The position numbers were made by a program, and so were the translations under genes. A DNA stretch of 64,000 nt from a virus: IMG/VR virus record IMGVR_UViG_3300044796_000141, positions 36,323 through 100,322 of that record; one strand, 5' to 3'. Every line of letters starts with the position of its first letter. The stretch's first letter is position 1. Below the pieces are notes generated by a model that ran no database searches, was not told the DNA's origin, and saw only the letters and a list, made by a program, of their open reading frames with translations. Below are positions 16,101-25,907 of the stretch, in pieces.

Positions 16101-16939
16101 AAAAGATTATTATTGGATTGATGGTTCTTCTTACAAGTACTAAAGCCAACGCATCAGACTGTCCCTCTAATGGCGAAGTGTTTGAAGGACAAGAGGGGCG
16201 CAAAGAAAATTGCGAACAAGAAGAAGCAACTTTACTTAATGCATTAAATCGTAATAAGTATCCTTTGGGCCGCAAACAACACAAATCTGGCTATTATTGC
16301 TCTCGTCCATTTGGACCTGAAAGTTCTCAATGTATTGAAAGTGCAGACAATCTTACCAGTATATTGGTAAAGTGTGAAGAGTGCTATTCTCTTTATGATA
16401 AAAAGAAAGCAGCGGAAGATGCTGCCCAAGAACAACAAGAGCGCGATGACGAACAAGCAAAGCAAGACAAAGAAAAAGCTTTGACAGAATGGATTAAACC
16501 TCAACTAAAACAATTAGCTATTAAATCAGGATATTTAGATGTTAACTATGACGAAGGTATCTTAGAGACAATCAACAAACTTAAACAAGGAAATGAAACA
16601 CTAAATAATATTAAAAAAGTTCCAGTAAAAATTAATGAAAATGATAACTTTAAAATACTTCAGGTGTATGACCAAAATAATATTCTTTTAGTTGATGAAG
16701 ATAATGTTGTAATTTGGTTGCACAACTATGCTAAAAATGGTGGACAATTTACCGCTATTGAAGGTGGCAATCTTTTTGCTCTTGGAATGCATTATGCAGC
16801 GATTGCCGGAATTAAGACATACACAACAGCTATGCGAGGAACTAAACAAGCAATCGTTATTGAAAAACCGCACTGGAATAAATCAGCAAGTAAAGATTTT
16901 GATAAAAAATTAAATAAATGGTACGAAGAAAATAAATGA
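16097..16939 (+). CDS. secreted protein, hypothetical
   Basis: Track frame; ATG 16097 gives the signal peptide MKKIIIGLMVLLTSTKANA. Confidence 0.65.
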   Translation: MKKIIIGLMVLLTSTKANASDCPSNGEVFEGQEGRKENCEQEEATLLNALNRNKYPLGRKQHKSGYYCSRPFGPESSQCIESADNLTSILVKCEECYSLYDKKKAAEDAAQEQQERDDEQAKQDKEKALTEWIKPQLKQLAIKSGYLDVNYDEGILETINKLKQGNETLNNIKKVPVKINENDNFKILQVYDQNNILLVDEDNVVIWLHNYAKNGGQFTAIEGGNLFALGMHYAAIAGIKTYTTAMRGTKQAIVIEKPHWNKSASKDFDKKLNKWYEENK

Positions 16940-16952
16940 AAGAAAGGTCAAT

Positions 16953-17108
16953 ATGATTAAATGGATTGTCTTTTTTGTATATTGTCTTATGTGTCAGATT
17001 GTAATGCAAGAGAAATATCCTGCTCACGATTCTGAAACAAAGATTATTCGTATTGTTATTGCGCCTATTTGGGTTCCAACTAAAGCATTGGAAGGACTAA
17101 TCAAATGA
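16953..17108 (+). CDS. small membrane protein (51 aa)
   Basis: GAAAGG RBS; stop overlaps the next ATG (ATGA). Confidence 0.45.
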   Translation: MIKWIVFFVYCLMCQIVMQEKYPAHDSETKIIRIVIAPIWVPTKALEGLIK

Positions 17109-17470
17109 CCGTAAGAAGAAATGGAAATTTGTGTCGTGTCTACAGTAATGATAGTGGACTATTGCAAGAATGCACATCTTATAGTACCATGTTGTTTTGT
17201 TGGTCTGAAGATAGAAGCTATGTAATTAACAACACTACTCGCTATAGTCCCACTACACAAAAGCAAAGGTCGCGCTATCTCAATAGCGACTTGCGATTGT
17301 TGGATGCTCGCCACATTCGAGTCGTTGAAATTGACGGCATGAATCGCGGCGTAACGCAATATGAATTGCGCCGTGTGGCTGCGTTGAAAGTCAACACTCT
17401 TGACATTGAGGCGAGCGCTTGCTCTTGTGGTCGTTGTATTGTTTGTGCATCAAATAGTCTTGGAGCTTAA
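17105..17470 (+). CDS. hypothetical protein
   Basis: Track ORF. Confidence 0.6.
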   Translation: MTVRRNGNLCRVYSNDSGLLQECTSYSTMLFCWSEDRSYVINNTTRYSPTTQKQRSRYLNSDLRLLDARHIRVVEIDGMNRGVTQYELRRVAALKVNTLDIEASACSCGRCIVCASNSLGA

Positions 17471-17504
17471 TCGTACCGTAAAATTTCAATAGGAGAAAAT
17501 TACA

Positions 17505-17750
17505 ATGAAGAAGAATTTTAAAAAATCTCAATTAGTTCCTGGTCGATGGATTCGTATTCGATATAGTGATGTTGGCGTGAGGGATGTTATCTTGACAGAT
17601 ATCAATCAGCGCCAAAAAGATGCCAATGGAATGGGCTGGCCTACTGAATATAAAGTTTTTGAACCGTCAGAGAAGGGTCGCGCTAATGATACGGTTGATT
17701 ATAGTCAGATTGTTGCTGTCGGTCCTTATGTAAATGCACCAGCATTTTAG
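17505..17750 (+). CDS. hypothetical protein
   Basis: Track ORF; AGGAGAA RBS. Confidence 0.6.
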   Translation: MKKNFKKSQLVPGRWIRIRYSDVGVRDVILTDINQRQKDANGMGWPTEYKVFEPSEKGRANDTVDYSQIVAVGPYVNAPAF

Positions 17751-17758
17751 GAAAATAT

Positions 17759-17968
17759 ATGTCATTTGAAAAGCGTATTCATGCACTTGAAGAGGCCGCC
17801 AACAACAATGTTCCAGGGACTAATCTAACTCGTGTTCTTACGGGCGATGGTAGTAAGTGGGCTTTGTCTATTGGTGGAATGCAATTACCCAAGCATCATT
17901 TCTATGGCGACTCTATTTCTGATGTGGTAATTCAAGCCGAAATGTTCTTTCAAATTAAAGGAAAGTAA
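17759..17968 (+). CDS. hypothetical protein
   Basis: Track ORF. Confidence 0.6.
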   Translation: MSFEKRIHALEEAANNNVPGTNLTRVLTGDGSKWALSIGGMQLPKHHFYGDSISDVVIQAEMFFQIKGK

Positions 17969-17969
17969 T

Positions 17970-18230
17970 ATGACTGAAGAAGAAATTCAAATTGTTGAAT
18001 TTGAAGAGTTGTTGGATGAATGGGAGCAGCAAAATAAAATCTATTCTTATGAGCAGCCGCGTAATTTTACAAAGCTTATAAATGCGCTAGATAGCAATTA
18101 TCATACCATTGAAGACTTCCTAGAAGATAATCCAGGGGCACTCAGCGCTTTGCGTGATTGGATTGCTGAGCAAAATGTTTCACATTGGCATGAATCTATT
18201 GCAGACGAATTGGTACTAACCGAGGAATAG
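17970..18230 (+). CDS. hypothetical acidic protein
   Basis: Track ORF. Confidence 0.6.
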   Translation: MTEEEIQIVEFEELLDEWEQQNKIYSYEQPRNFTKLINALDSNYHTIEDFLEDNPGALSALRDWIAEQNVSHWHESIADELVLTEE

Positions 18231-18232
18231 AC

Positions 18233-18514
18233 ATGAGCTTAGAACAAGGACTGTTAGAAAATGCCGGTTTTGATTGTCAGAGTTACAGTGGTAGAGGTAT
18301 GTATGGCGATACTTGTCTAGCCGTAGTAACCGATGATGATGTTTTAAATCTATTTGCAGACTTAATAGATAATGGTTGCGGCGGCAAGCCAAACAGTGAA
18401 GAATCTTACTATATTGTTAAAATGTTACGCGATGCCAAACAAGATAGTATGGGCAAAGGTACAGTTATCTATTGGCCTAATATTCCATTTGAAGAAGAAA
18501 CAGAAGAGGATTAA
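18233..18514 (+). CDS. hypothetical protein
   Basis: Track ORF. Confidence 0.6.
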   Translation: MSLEQGLLENAGFDCQSYSGRGMYGDTCLAVVTDDDVLNLFADLIDNGCGGKPNSEESYYIVKMLRDAKQDSMGKGTVIYWPNIPFEEETEED

Positions 18515-18515
18515 T

Positions 18516-18713
18516 ATGACGCGTCCTAATAAATTCAATACTTCATTCAATCCAAAGAAAGCTTGTACAGTGTGCGCTAAAGAAGTTTCAATGCGCCGTG
18601 CCGTTAGCTTGTGCTATCCTGATATGACCTTGTGTCACCCATGCTATGATATTCATGTCGATAACCTCTATGCTCTGTCAGAGAAGTATGATAAGAGCGG
18701 GATTACAATCTAA
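18516..18713 (+). CDS. small zinc-ribbon protein
   Basis: Track frame 18372..18713; ATG 18516; CTVC...CHPC. Confidence 0.55.
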   Translation: MTRPNKFNTSFNPKKACTVCAKEVSMRRAVSLCYPDMTLCHPCYDIHVDNLYALSEKYDKSGITI

Positions 18714-18940
18714 TGTTTAAACCAACTAAGCCAGTATATTATATGGGTTTTGAAGGTAGACAATCAACCAGATACGAAGACAGAGATATTGTATTAACTG
18801 ATTATGCAATCATTATGGGAGCTTTCAATAAGAGATTGAAAGTTTGGTCACTTGATTCGCAAGGTAATCGCGTCATCATTAGAGGAGTTAAAAATGATTC
18901 TAATTCCAGCAAAAATAAAGTGCGACTTTCATCTTTGTAA
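18713..18940 (+). CDS. hypothetical protein
   Basis: Track ORF; TAATG coupling. Confidence 0.5.
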   Translation: MFKPTKPVYYMGFEGRQSTRYEDRDIVLTDYAIIMGAFNKRLKVWSLDSQGNRVIIRGVKNDSNSSKNKVRLSSL

Positions 18941-19127
18941 GAATGAAACCGTAGGCGACCTTGAACTAGATGTTGACCGCTCTAGCGGTGTAGTAGAATT
19001 GCAGCTTGATTGGCGAAGTGAAGCGCATGCGCTTGGTTGGCATGTTAGAGTATCTGAAGAGTGTTGGGCAGATGGCACAAACGATTTTAAAGTTAGAGTT
19101 ATTTGTCCTAACTGTAAGTTGAAATAA
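18894..19127 (+). CDS. hypothetical protein
   Basis: Track frame 18852..19127; ATG 18894 after a GGAG RBS. Confidence 0.5.
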   Translation: MILIPAKIKCDFHLCKNETVGDLELDVDRSSGVVELQLDWRSEAHALGWHVRVSEECWADGTNDFKVRVICPNCKLK

Positions 19128-19128
19128 T

Positions 19129-19377
19129 ATGAATATTTTATTGTTATCTTTGTTGGTATCGCACGCCCCTATGAATATGGGTCGCAAATCCTCTGCAAGC
19201 TTTACTGTGACTTGTACTGTTGTGCGACCAATGCGCGCTATCTTTAGCCAAACAGGTATTACAATCACAGAGAATACCAAAAAAACTGTCGTATCCAGTA
19301 AAGATAGTTCCTTTACATATGATGGTGGCAATGATATTCCTGAGCCTGTTGTTATAGATGGCACCGTATCCTTTTAA
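19129..19377 (+). CDS. hypothetical protein
   Basis: Track ORF. Confidence 0.45.
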   Translation: MNILLLSLLVSHAPMNMGRKSSASFTVTCTVVRPMRAIFSQTGITITENTKKTVVSSKDSSFTYDGGNDIPEPVVIDGTVSF

Positions 19378-19388
19378 ATGGAGCATAT

Positions 19389-19601
19389 ATGAATTCAGTT
19401 CAGTTTATCAATCAACTCTTAAAAGATATTAAAGAAATTTCTACAGAAGACTTGTGGGATTTGTATAAAGATTGTAATTTTATTGCCAATACAAATGATT
19501 CTGATGACCCTAGTTCACGCGCATACGATAACGAAGTTACTAATCTATGTAAAGCTTTGATTAAATTTAAAGAAATTCAAGCTATTAGGAATGCTAAGTG
19601 A
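19389..19601 (+). CDS. hypothetical protein
   Basis: Track ORF. Confidence 0.6.
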   Translation: MNSVQFINQLLKDIKEISTEDLWDLYKDCNFIANTNDSDDPSSRAYDNEVTNLCKALIKFKEIQAIRNAK

Positions 19602-19948
19602 AGCCGCCAACTCCTTCAGATAAAGAACAGGCAATGACCGATGCTTTTACTGAAGCTGTTAAAGAAGCAATCGCTGCGCACCATAAAGCTGGACGCTCTG
19701 TACCTGTGCGCGTTAATGGAAAATTAACTTGGATTGGACCTAGTATGAACGAAAATGAATTTATAGTATCTGTTCAAAAGCATCTTGAAGCTATGGATGA
19801 GCTTAGCAAAAAGAAAAATGAATCATTTGATTCTATTCTAAAGTCTTTTGATTCTGTTGTTCGGAGTTTTTATAAGATTCTTGCTTGCGTTCCGGTTGCA
19901 TTTGTTCTAGGATTGTGTTGGGGCTATGCTATATGGGGCAAGAAATGA
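19598..19948 (+). CDS. hypothetical protein with C-terminal TM helix
   Basis: Track ORF. Confidence 0.6.
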   Translation: MKPPTPSDKEQAMTDAFTEAVKEAIAAHHKAGRSVPVRVNGKLTWIGPSMNENEFIVSVQKHLEAMDELSKKKNESFDSILKSFDSVVRSFYKILACVPVAFVLGLCWGYAIWGKK

Positions 19949-20115
19949 CAATCAAAGAATATAAAAAAGAATTAATTAAAGAGTTTACAGATAAGAGAAA
20001 CTATGCGCAAAAAAAAGCATTAGAGGAAACTGATGCTGATAGCTATGCTGCCGCTTCATATCGTGGTGAAGCTTGGGGTTATGAAAAGGTCATTGAAAGG
20101 TTGCATCGACCATGA
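19945..20115 (+). CDS. hypothetical small protein
   Basis: Track frame 19885..20115; ATG 19945 overlaps the upstream TGA. Confidence 0.5.
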   Translation: MTIKEYKKELIKEFTDKRNYAQKKALEETDADSYAAASYRGEAWGYEKVIERLHRP

Positions 20116-20339
20116 AAAAAGATTGGGCAGATAAACAGGCTTATCGTTATTTTCCGCACGCACCTAGCTTGTGTGATGAATTGGCAAAAGCTTTTCGTGA
20201 TTGCAAATTTAAAGGATACAAAGAAGGCATCAAAGACTATAAAGAAACAGAACAAAAGCTTGCGTATGCTCGTGGCCACGAAGCTGGTTATGTAGCTGGA
20301 ACACAAGATACATTAGATAGGCGATGGAATGAGCGCTGA
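20112..20339 (+). CDS. hypothetical protein
   Basis: Track ORF; ATGA coupling. Confidence 0.6.
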   Translation: MKKDWADKQAYRYFPHAPSLCDELAKAFRDCKFKGYKEGIKDYKETEQKLAYARGHEAGYVAGTQDTLDRRWNER

Positions 20340-20628
20340 TAACGGTATCTATATTCTTGTCACTAAAGGTGTAGTCGGTACAGCACTCTATGAATACCGT
20401 GTAGTTGAAGCGGGCGCTATTGAAAATATCTTTGCCGAAGATAAGCACTTTGATGCTAAGATTGGTTGGAATACACAACAGATTAAGAATTACTTTGGTA
20501 AGTGTCAAGTCTTCTTTGATGACTTTACTCCAATGAAGTATGCTTTTAATATAGAAAAAGAAACAGGATGGACTGAATATGGAATTAATTATCTCAGTCA
20601 GTTTAAGGAATATCCATTCCCAAAATAA
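20329..20628 (+). CDS. hypothetical protein
   Basis: Track ORF. Confidence 0.6.
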   Translation: MSADNGIYILVTKGVVGTALYEYRVVEAGAIENIFAEDKHFDAKIGWNTQQIKNYFGKCQVFFDDFTPMKYAFNIEKETGWTEYGINYLSQFKEYPFPK

Positions 20629-20750
20629 AATGAATAGGACTTGGCAAATCTTTCTAGCGTGGCTAACTGGCAATCTAATCGGACTGATAATTCTGATGTC
20701 CGCTATTCTATTCCAGTCTACCATGATTTACTTTTTCTATAGGTGATAAT

Positions 20751-20987
20751 ATGAGCGCACTGTATCATGTCACAACTAAGAAGAAATTAGCAAAGTATTT
20801 GCAGCATGGTTACATTCAACCTCCCGTTAGAGCATGGAAGTTTATTGCTAGTGCCGAGCGGTTTAGTAAACAAACAGGTAGACGTTTAATAATTCGATTA
20901 GTTAAAGATAAAACCTTTGTTCCATTTGAAGGACACAGAGGCGAAGCATTAATCTCTTTCAATCCCTACAATCTCAAAGGACTATAA
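20751..20987 (+). CDS. hypothetical protein
   Basis: Track ORF. Confidence 0.6.
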   Translation: MSALYHVTTKKKLAKYLQHGYIQPPVRAWKFIASAERFSKQTGRRLIIRLVKDKTFVPFEGHRGEALISFNPYNLKGL

Positions 20988-20988
20988 G

Positions 20989-21387
20989 ATGAAGCGCAAT
21001 GAAAATGATAAGTTGGTTGCTAAGCATTTCCGCGAAAAGATGCCTGCTGATATTCAGCGCCTTGCCAACCTCGCTTATTGCGACCTTTACTTTGGGCCAT
21101 TGCAGGGATGCGATGTCTGCGGGGCGGACTACACTAGTGACTGTAGCTGTGACGTGCGCTGGCCAGGCTTTAAAGCAGCGGTGAAACGCGTTGGTGAGTG
21201 GGCCGACGCGGAACTAAGTGATGTTTGGCTTGACGCATTCTGTGGACAAGTGTTAGAGAGTGAACCACAAGGCGAGATTGACGTTGAGACTCAAGAATAC
21301 ATTGAACCTAATTTTGAATACGTTTACCACTATGAAACGCGCGATGTGAAGCGCGTTATCTTTGGCGAGGTCGCCGAATACATTTAA
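20989..21387 (+). CDS. hypothetical protein
   Basis: Track ORF. Confidence 0.6.
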   Translation: MKRNENDKLVAKHFREKMPADIQRLANLAYCDLYFGPLQGCDVCGADYTSDCSCDVRWPGFKAAVKRVGEWADAELSDVWLDAFCGQVLESEPQGEIDVETQEYIEPNFEYVYHYETRDVKRVIFGEVAEYI

Positions 21388-21397
21388 GGAGTTTAAT

Positions 21398-21628
21398 ATG
21401 GATACGCCGATTACAAAGCTTTTGATTGCACGCTATAAGAATAGCGACCTCAAGAAAAGTAGTCAATGGCTCGCCAACCTTTTCTATGCTACTAACCAAA
21501 ACGAAGCAAATACTCTCACTGACTATCTTAAATATGTAGAATCAGCTAATGACCTTTGCTTGATGGACACCGAAAAAAATCTTAAGGTATTGTTGTGGGC
21601 AGATACACTTCCAAAGGAAACAAAATGA
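21398..21628 (+). CDS. hypothetical protein
   Basis: Track frame 21362..21628; ATG 21398 after AAGGAG. Confidence 0.55.
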   Translation: MDTPITKLLIARYKNSDLKKSSQWLANLFYATNQNEANTLTDYLKYVESANDLCLMDTEKNLKVLLWADTLPKETK

Positions 21629-22107
21629 AAAATATTTTTATCTTTAGTTTTATGATTGCTTGTGGCGCGCAAATTGGTCCGTCTGGACCTGCTGGCAAAA
21701 ATGGTTCTAATGGTATCAACGGAACAAACGGTAAAGACGGGAGCAATGCTACGGCTGCATTTACTGGCTCTGCACATTGTGGTGGCGCCCTTGAAAATAC
21801 CTATCTTCAATTTACTTATAGTGTTGATGTTGATGGTAGTGGAAATATTTTTGCAACTGCTGGCGTGTATGGTAATGTCGCTGAATATGGTGCGAGCGCA
21901 AATTATGCTGCTACACAAAACGGAGCACAAACAGCAGCAGTTATTTTTACTTATGATATTGTTCCACCTGCTGATTATGGATTTTGGACCATCTCTCTTG
22001 ATAGAGAAACATTAATTACTACAATTCTTTATCAAGATGTAGACAATACAACTGGACAATCTGTGTGGACTATGCAACGCAATCAATGTGTAATTAACGC
22101 TTATTGA
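21625..22107 (+). CDS. lipoprotein with short collagen-like (G-X-Y) stretch
   Basis: ATG 21625 gives MKNIFIFSFMIAC (lipobox), then GPSGPAGKNGSNGINGTNGKDGSN. Confidence 0.65.
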   Translation: MKNIFIFSFMIACGAQIGPSGPAGKNGSNGINGTNGKDGSNATAAFTGSAHCGGALENTYLQFTYSVDVDGSGNIFATAGVYGNVAEYGASANYAATQNGAQTAAVIFTYDIVPPADYGFWTISLDRETLITTILYQDVDNTTGQSVWTMQRNQCVINAY

Positions 22108-22116
22108 GGAATTAAT

Positions 22117-22347
22117 ATGAAACAATCTATTGAAGAATATCTTGCCAACGGCGGCGCAATTCAACGCATTCACTACAAGACATTTGAGCAAGTAAGCCAA
22201 GTCCCTTCACCGGCTGGTATGCGCGGAGTCATTAACGATGGACGCACAACGGCTTATCACGCGCGTCTAGCTGGTATCGCTAGCGGTGCAGCCCGTAGAC
22301 TAAAGTCAGAATTACTTGAAAAGAAAGAATCATTGGAAGGAAATTAA
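22117..22347 (+). CDS. hypothetical protein
   Basis: Track ORF. Confidence 0.55.
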   Translation: MKQSIEEYLANGGAIQRIHYKTFEQVSQVPSPAGMRGVINDGRTTAYHARLAGIASGAARRLKSELLEKKESLEGN

Positions 22348-22348
22348 A

Positions 22349-22597
22349 ATGAAAGAAACAGATTATAAAAAAGCATTTGAAGAGTTGCAAGTTAATCTTG
22401 AAGAGCTTACTGAATGGGCTAAGAAAGATACCAGCCGTAGCAGCGAGTGGAAGCAAGGCTATGTGCATATCGCCAAGCAAGTCATTGACGTTTGCAAGCG
22501 CACGCTAGGCACTGCCACGCCACCTGCCCCAGTAGCTAAGCCTGCACCTATTGCCAAGGTCATCGCGTTTCGTAAACACACCTATAAGGCGGACTAA
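22349..22597 (+). CDS. hypothetical protein
   Basis: Track frame 22316..22597; ATG 22349 after AAGGAAA. Confidence 0.55.
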   Translation: MKETDYKKAFEELQVNLEELTEWAKKDTSRSSEWKQGYVHIAKQVIDVCKRTLGTATPPAPVAKPAPIAKVIAFRKHTYKAD

Positions 22598-22936
22598 ATG
22601 GACTTCAAGCATTGCGACGATTACATTGATGATGAGACACAACCAGAATGTTTGCGAATGGCATTAGCCTATATGCGTCTGCCTGCCAGCGACTTCATTG
22701 AGATTACTAACGGACCGCAATTGTACGCAGAGTATAAAGGAACAGGGTGTCAAGTTAAAGTTGTGTTTGCGAGTCGATTAGGTGACGTAGGTATTGGCGG
22801 ACAAAACGCTGAATCTTATAGTGAAAGAGTTTCATTAAGCAGCTTGTTGAATTTCTCAGATGAGCCTTTGGATTTGCCGTGGTTTAATTTTAATCCTTTT
22901 CGAGCGTCAAGTAAACGAAGGGTAGCATTCCGATGA
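22598..22936 (+). CDS. hypothetical protein
   Basis: Track ORF. Confidence 0.6.
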   Translation: MDFKHCDDYIDDETQPECLRMALAYMRLPASDFIEITNGPQLYAEYKGTGCQVKVVFASRLGDVGIGGQNAESYSERVSLSSLLNFSDEPLDLPWFNFNPFRASSKRRVAFR

Positions 22937-23163
22937 ATAAAACTATCGAAGAATATCTAAAAGGTTTTGGTGGCAAGCCGCGCGACCCTAATCGCATCTA
23001 TCCAATTATGCTTAAGCTTACAGAACTGTGGGCTAACAATCCTGACTTGCGTTTCTGGCAATTGCTTTCAATGCTCAATCCTCACAAGAATGATTTATTC
23101 TATACCGAAGATGATTGGACATTGGCTCGCCTAGAGCAATTGCTTATCGATGGCAAAGTTTAA
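22933..23163 (+). CDS. hypothetical protein
   Basis: Track ORF; ATGA coupling. Confidence 0.6.
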   Translation: MNKTIEEYLKGFGGKPRDPNRIYPIMLKLTELWANNPDLRFWQLLSMLNPHKNDLFYTEDDWTLARLEQLLIDGKV

Positions 23164-23195
23164 TCGTACTGCAAAAGTTTAAAAGGTGGTTTTAT

Positions 23196-23465
23196 ATGCG
23201 CTATTCAGACCAAGGTTATCAATTCGACGCTCCACCTCCCACGTCGGAAAGAAAGTTCTTGACTATAGAGACGATGTGTGGTGTATACCGGGCAGGTACC
23301 CGAGATGACCTATTGACACACGCACTTGACCTCTTGACTTTGCGCGCGGTCTGTAATAGCGTCAGAGCTGATGCATTGGCGGGCATTCATTTTCCTGAAG
23401 CGTTTGAAGAACCGACTTGTGATAAATGTTTTAATATTTTAGTTAGATTAAAAGCAATCAAATAA
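23196..23465 (+). CDS. hypothetical protein
   Basis: Track frame 23115..23465; ATG 23196 after AAGGTGG. Confidence 0.55.
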   Translation: MRYSDQGYQFDAPPPTSERKFLTIETMCGVYRAGTRDDLLTHALDLLTLRAVCNSVRADALAGIHFPEAFEEPTCDKCFNILVRLKAIK

Positions 23466-23467
23466 AG

Positions 23468-24004
23468 GTGGAGCTTATGCTGTTATTGATAATGTCTCTC
23501 TCTGTTACGCAAGAATGTACTGTCGTTCAAGAATGGAATAAAGAAGTTACTCTTAAGGCTATTCGGATTATTGAGTCAGGCGATGGCAAGAATGTAGACC
23601 ACGAAGTTATTACTCGCGGTATCGATACTGGAACTAAAGCTTTTGGAAAATATGGCTTGACAATCTCTCTCATTAAGGATGTAGTGTTTCATAGTCCGCG
23701 CCTTATGAAGAAGCATGCGACTGTATTAGATATGAATAACGAAGAACTTAATCAATATATGTCATATAACCACGAACTAGAAGAAGAGGTTGCTTCTCGC
23801 TTCTATGACAGAATTGTGAAAGAAGTTGGCGCATCTAATCCCGACCTTATCTATTTGTGCTGGCTAAATGGTATTGTCGGCGCTCAGCAGTATCTTACAA
23901 AGCATGAGCTTAAAGACCATGCTATTGCCAACAAAGTATTAATAAGCTATTATAAGGAAATGAAATACGATGAAAAAACCTACGAAGCTTCAACCACTAA
24001 CTAA
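23468..24004 (+). CDS. hypothetical protein (weak lytic-transglycosylase-like ES...GxxGL pattern)
   Basis: Track ORF; RIIESGDGKN...AFGKYGLT is only suggestive. Confidence 0.5.
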   Translation: MELMLLLIMSLSVTQECTVVQEWNKEVTLKAIRIIESGDGKNVDHEVITRGIDTGTKAFGKYGLTISLIKDVVFHSPRLMKKHATVLDMNNEELNQYMSYNHELEEEVASRFYDRIVKEVGASNPDLIYLCWLNGIVGAQQYLTKHELKDHAIANKVLISYYKEMKYDEKTYEASTTN

Positions 24005-24164
24005 ACCAAAAACTTTAAGTGAAGCAGTTGCTTTAGTTAAAGAATGTAGAAAAGTTCTTGACGATGTATCGCATGGACTTGGCGGTGCTGGTTTAGCTAA
24101 AGAAGCAAAGACTGCGTTTGATATTGTTATTAAAGCTGCTCAAAAAAACAAAAAGGTTAAATAA
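23970..24164 (+). CDS. hypothetical protein
   Basis: Track ORF overlapping the upstream 3' end. Confidence 0.45.
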   Translation: MKKPTKLQPLTKPKTLSEAVALVKECRKVLDDVSHGLGGAGLAKEAKTAFDIVIKAAQKNKKVK

Positions 24165-24379
24165 TGACTCAATCTAATCAAGAAAAGATTCGTATTGCAC
24201 GCATGCGTCTAGCTACTGTTCGTGGCAGCATTGCCTGGCATGTTGATATGGCGCGATGTCTAAAAGATATTGGTCTTGAAAAAGAATATATTGCCGAAGG
24301 TGTAATGATTCGGGAAGCAACGCAAGAAATGATGAATCTTATTAAATTCATTTCTTACGCCAATAAGGAAACTGCTTAG
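24164..24379 (+). CDS. hypothetical protein
   Basis: Track ORF. Confidence 0.6.
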   Translation: MTQSNQEKIRIARMRLATVRGSIAWHVDMARCLKDIGLEKEYIAEGVMIREATQEMMNLIKFISYANKETA

Positions 24380-24661
24380 ATGAATGATTTAGAAACATAT
24401 AATATTCTAATGAATATTAAAAATTTATTGACGAATGGGACATTTGACCAGGCTGTTAATTATTTTAATTCACTAGATGACAACGCTCCCAATAAAAAAA
24501 TCAAAAGACTTTTTGTAAAGCTTGAAGATTATGTAAAGCTTATCAACGAAGAGATTGAGCAAGACAAACAAAACACATTCTTACTTGGTCAACAAAAAGC
24601 CTTTGAAGATGTTCTTTATATGTTTGAAGCAATGTTTGAAAAGGAAATTAAAGATGCGTAA
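24380..24661 (+). CDS. hypothetical protein
   Basis: Track ORF. Confidence 0.6.
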   Translation: MNDLETYNILMNIKNLLTNGTFDQAVNYFNSLDDNAPNKKIKRLFVKLEDYVKLINEEIEQDKQNTFLLGQQKAFEDVLYMFEAMFEKEIKDA

Positions 24662-24836
24662 ATGTATTCTTTGTAATGAATTGACAAATGGTTCTATTGG
24701 AGCCGCTGGATATGCATGGAGTTTCATTTGCCAGCCCTGTAAAGATAAAGAAGATAGTGCATTAGCTGACCGTATGCGCGGAGAGTGCTTGCTATTTAAT
24801 AAGGTTTTTGATAAGATTTTTAAGGAAGCAAAATGA
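24654..24836 (+). CDS. small zinc-ribbon protein
   Basis: Track frame 24555..24836; ATG 24654; CILC...CQPC. Confidence 0.55.
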   Translation: MRKCILCNELTNGSIGAAGYAWSFICQPCKDKEDSALADRMRGECLLFNKVFDKIFKEAK

Positions 24837-25141
24837 ATTACACTGAAGCTTATGTGCCTTGCGCTTGTCGCAGTCCACAACATTTGATAGTTCTTCAAAA
24901 GTTTGATGATAATGAGCGATATATAAGCTTTCAGCTCTCACCATTTCTTCCCTTTTGGCAAAGAGTTATTGCAATCTTTAAGTATCTTACTCAACCAAGA
25001 CAATCAGTTATTTGGGATGAAGTTATTTTAGATGATAAAGCTTTATATGATTTTCGTCTTTGGTTAACCGATAATAAAGTTGCTGTTGTGCCGCCGACCG
25101 AAGAAGCTCCAGAACCAATTAAAACTTCAGAACAGGAGTAA
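24833..25141 (+). CDS. hypothetical protein
   Basis: Track ORF; ATGA coupling. Confidence 0.6.
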   Translation: MNYTEAYVPCACRSPQHLIVLQKFDDNERYISFQLSPFLPFWQRVIAIFKYLTQPRQSVIWDEVILDDKALYDFRLWLTDNKVAVVPPTEEAPEPIKTSEQE

Positions 25142-25144
25142 ATT

Positions 25145-25702
25145 ATGAGTGATGAAAAAGTTGATAAACTTCTTGAAGAAGTACAAAATATAATTGATAA
25201 ACGCGACCCAGAAGTAGAAAAAATTATGGCAGAATTTAAAGCCAAAGATGAAGAGCGTGCACGCATTCGTAAACTTCCTATTGCCGGCAAAGACGAATGG
25301 GATGAAGTTGGTACAATTGGTGTTGATGCCGGTTTGTGTTGGGTAGGCGACCCCTGCTATATCATTCACCATAATGACGATGATAAGGGAGACCAAAATA
25401 AAGAACTTGGTAAAAATTGGCATGAGTTTTGTGATAGTCTTTGGAATAAGGAAGAAGTAGCCGCCAAAGCAATGCACGATAAGGGCTTTCAAGGGGCGCC
25501 GGCTGTTCAATTTAATTATGATTTAGGGCATCCAGGTTTAGGCGTTTGTGTCCAATCAGGATATGGCGACGGTTCTTATCCTGTTTATGTTAGACGCAAT
25601 CATGAAGGTAGAATCATTGAGCTTAAGGTTGTCTTTGCCGATGCAGATGACCCAGGCTTTGGCTTTGGCGATGACGAGCCAGAAGAATGCGATTGTGAAT
25701 AA
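25145..25702 (+). CDS. hypothetical protein (GYGDGSYPVY motif)
   Basis: Track ORF. Confidence 0.65.
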   Translation: MSDEKVDKLLEEVQNIIDKRDPEVEKIMAEFKAKDEERARIRKLPIAGKDEWDEVGTIGVDAGLCWVGDPCYIIHHNDDDKGDQNKELGKNWHEFCDSLWNKEEVAAKAMHDKGFQGAPAVQFNYDLGHPGLGVCVQSGYGDGSYPVYVRRNHEGRIIELKVVFADADDPGFGFGDDEPEECDCE

Positions 25703-25703
25703 T

Positions 25704-25907
25704 ATGAATGAAGATACGTGGGAAGAATATGGCCGCGATTTTTATGAATATAAAGAAAAAGTTAAAGAACTTGAAGCTCGCACATTAAAAGCTATTTCTG
25801 AATTGAATAAGCTGCGCGACAAATCACAAGCTCACGAATGGATGCGTCTACAAGGCAAAGCAGAAGGTGTAGATTTAGTCTTGCAATATATTAGGGAAAT
25901 GCTTTGA
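25704..25907 (+). CDS. hypothetical protein
   Basis: Track frame 25548..25907; ATG 25704. Confidence 0.55.
   Translation: MNEDTWEEYGRDFYEYKEKVKELEARTLKAISELNKLRDKSQAHEWMRLQGKAEGVDLVLQYIREML

Noticed and set aside
21523-22015. Track ORFs 21523..21930 (-) and 21656..22015 (+)
   Set aside because: They are embedded in or antisense to the lipoprotein gene 21625..22107, which has a signal peptide and a collagen-like motif.
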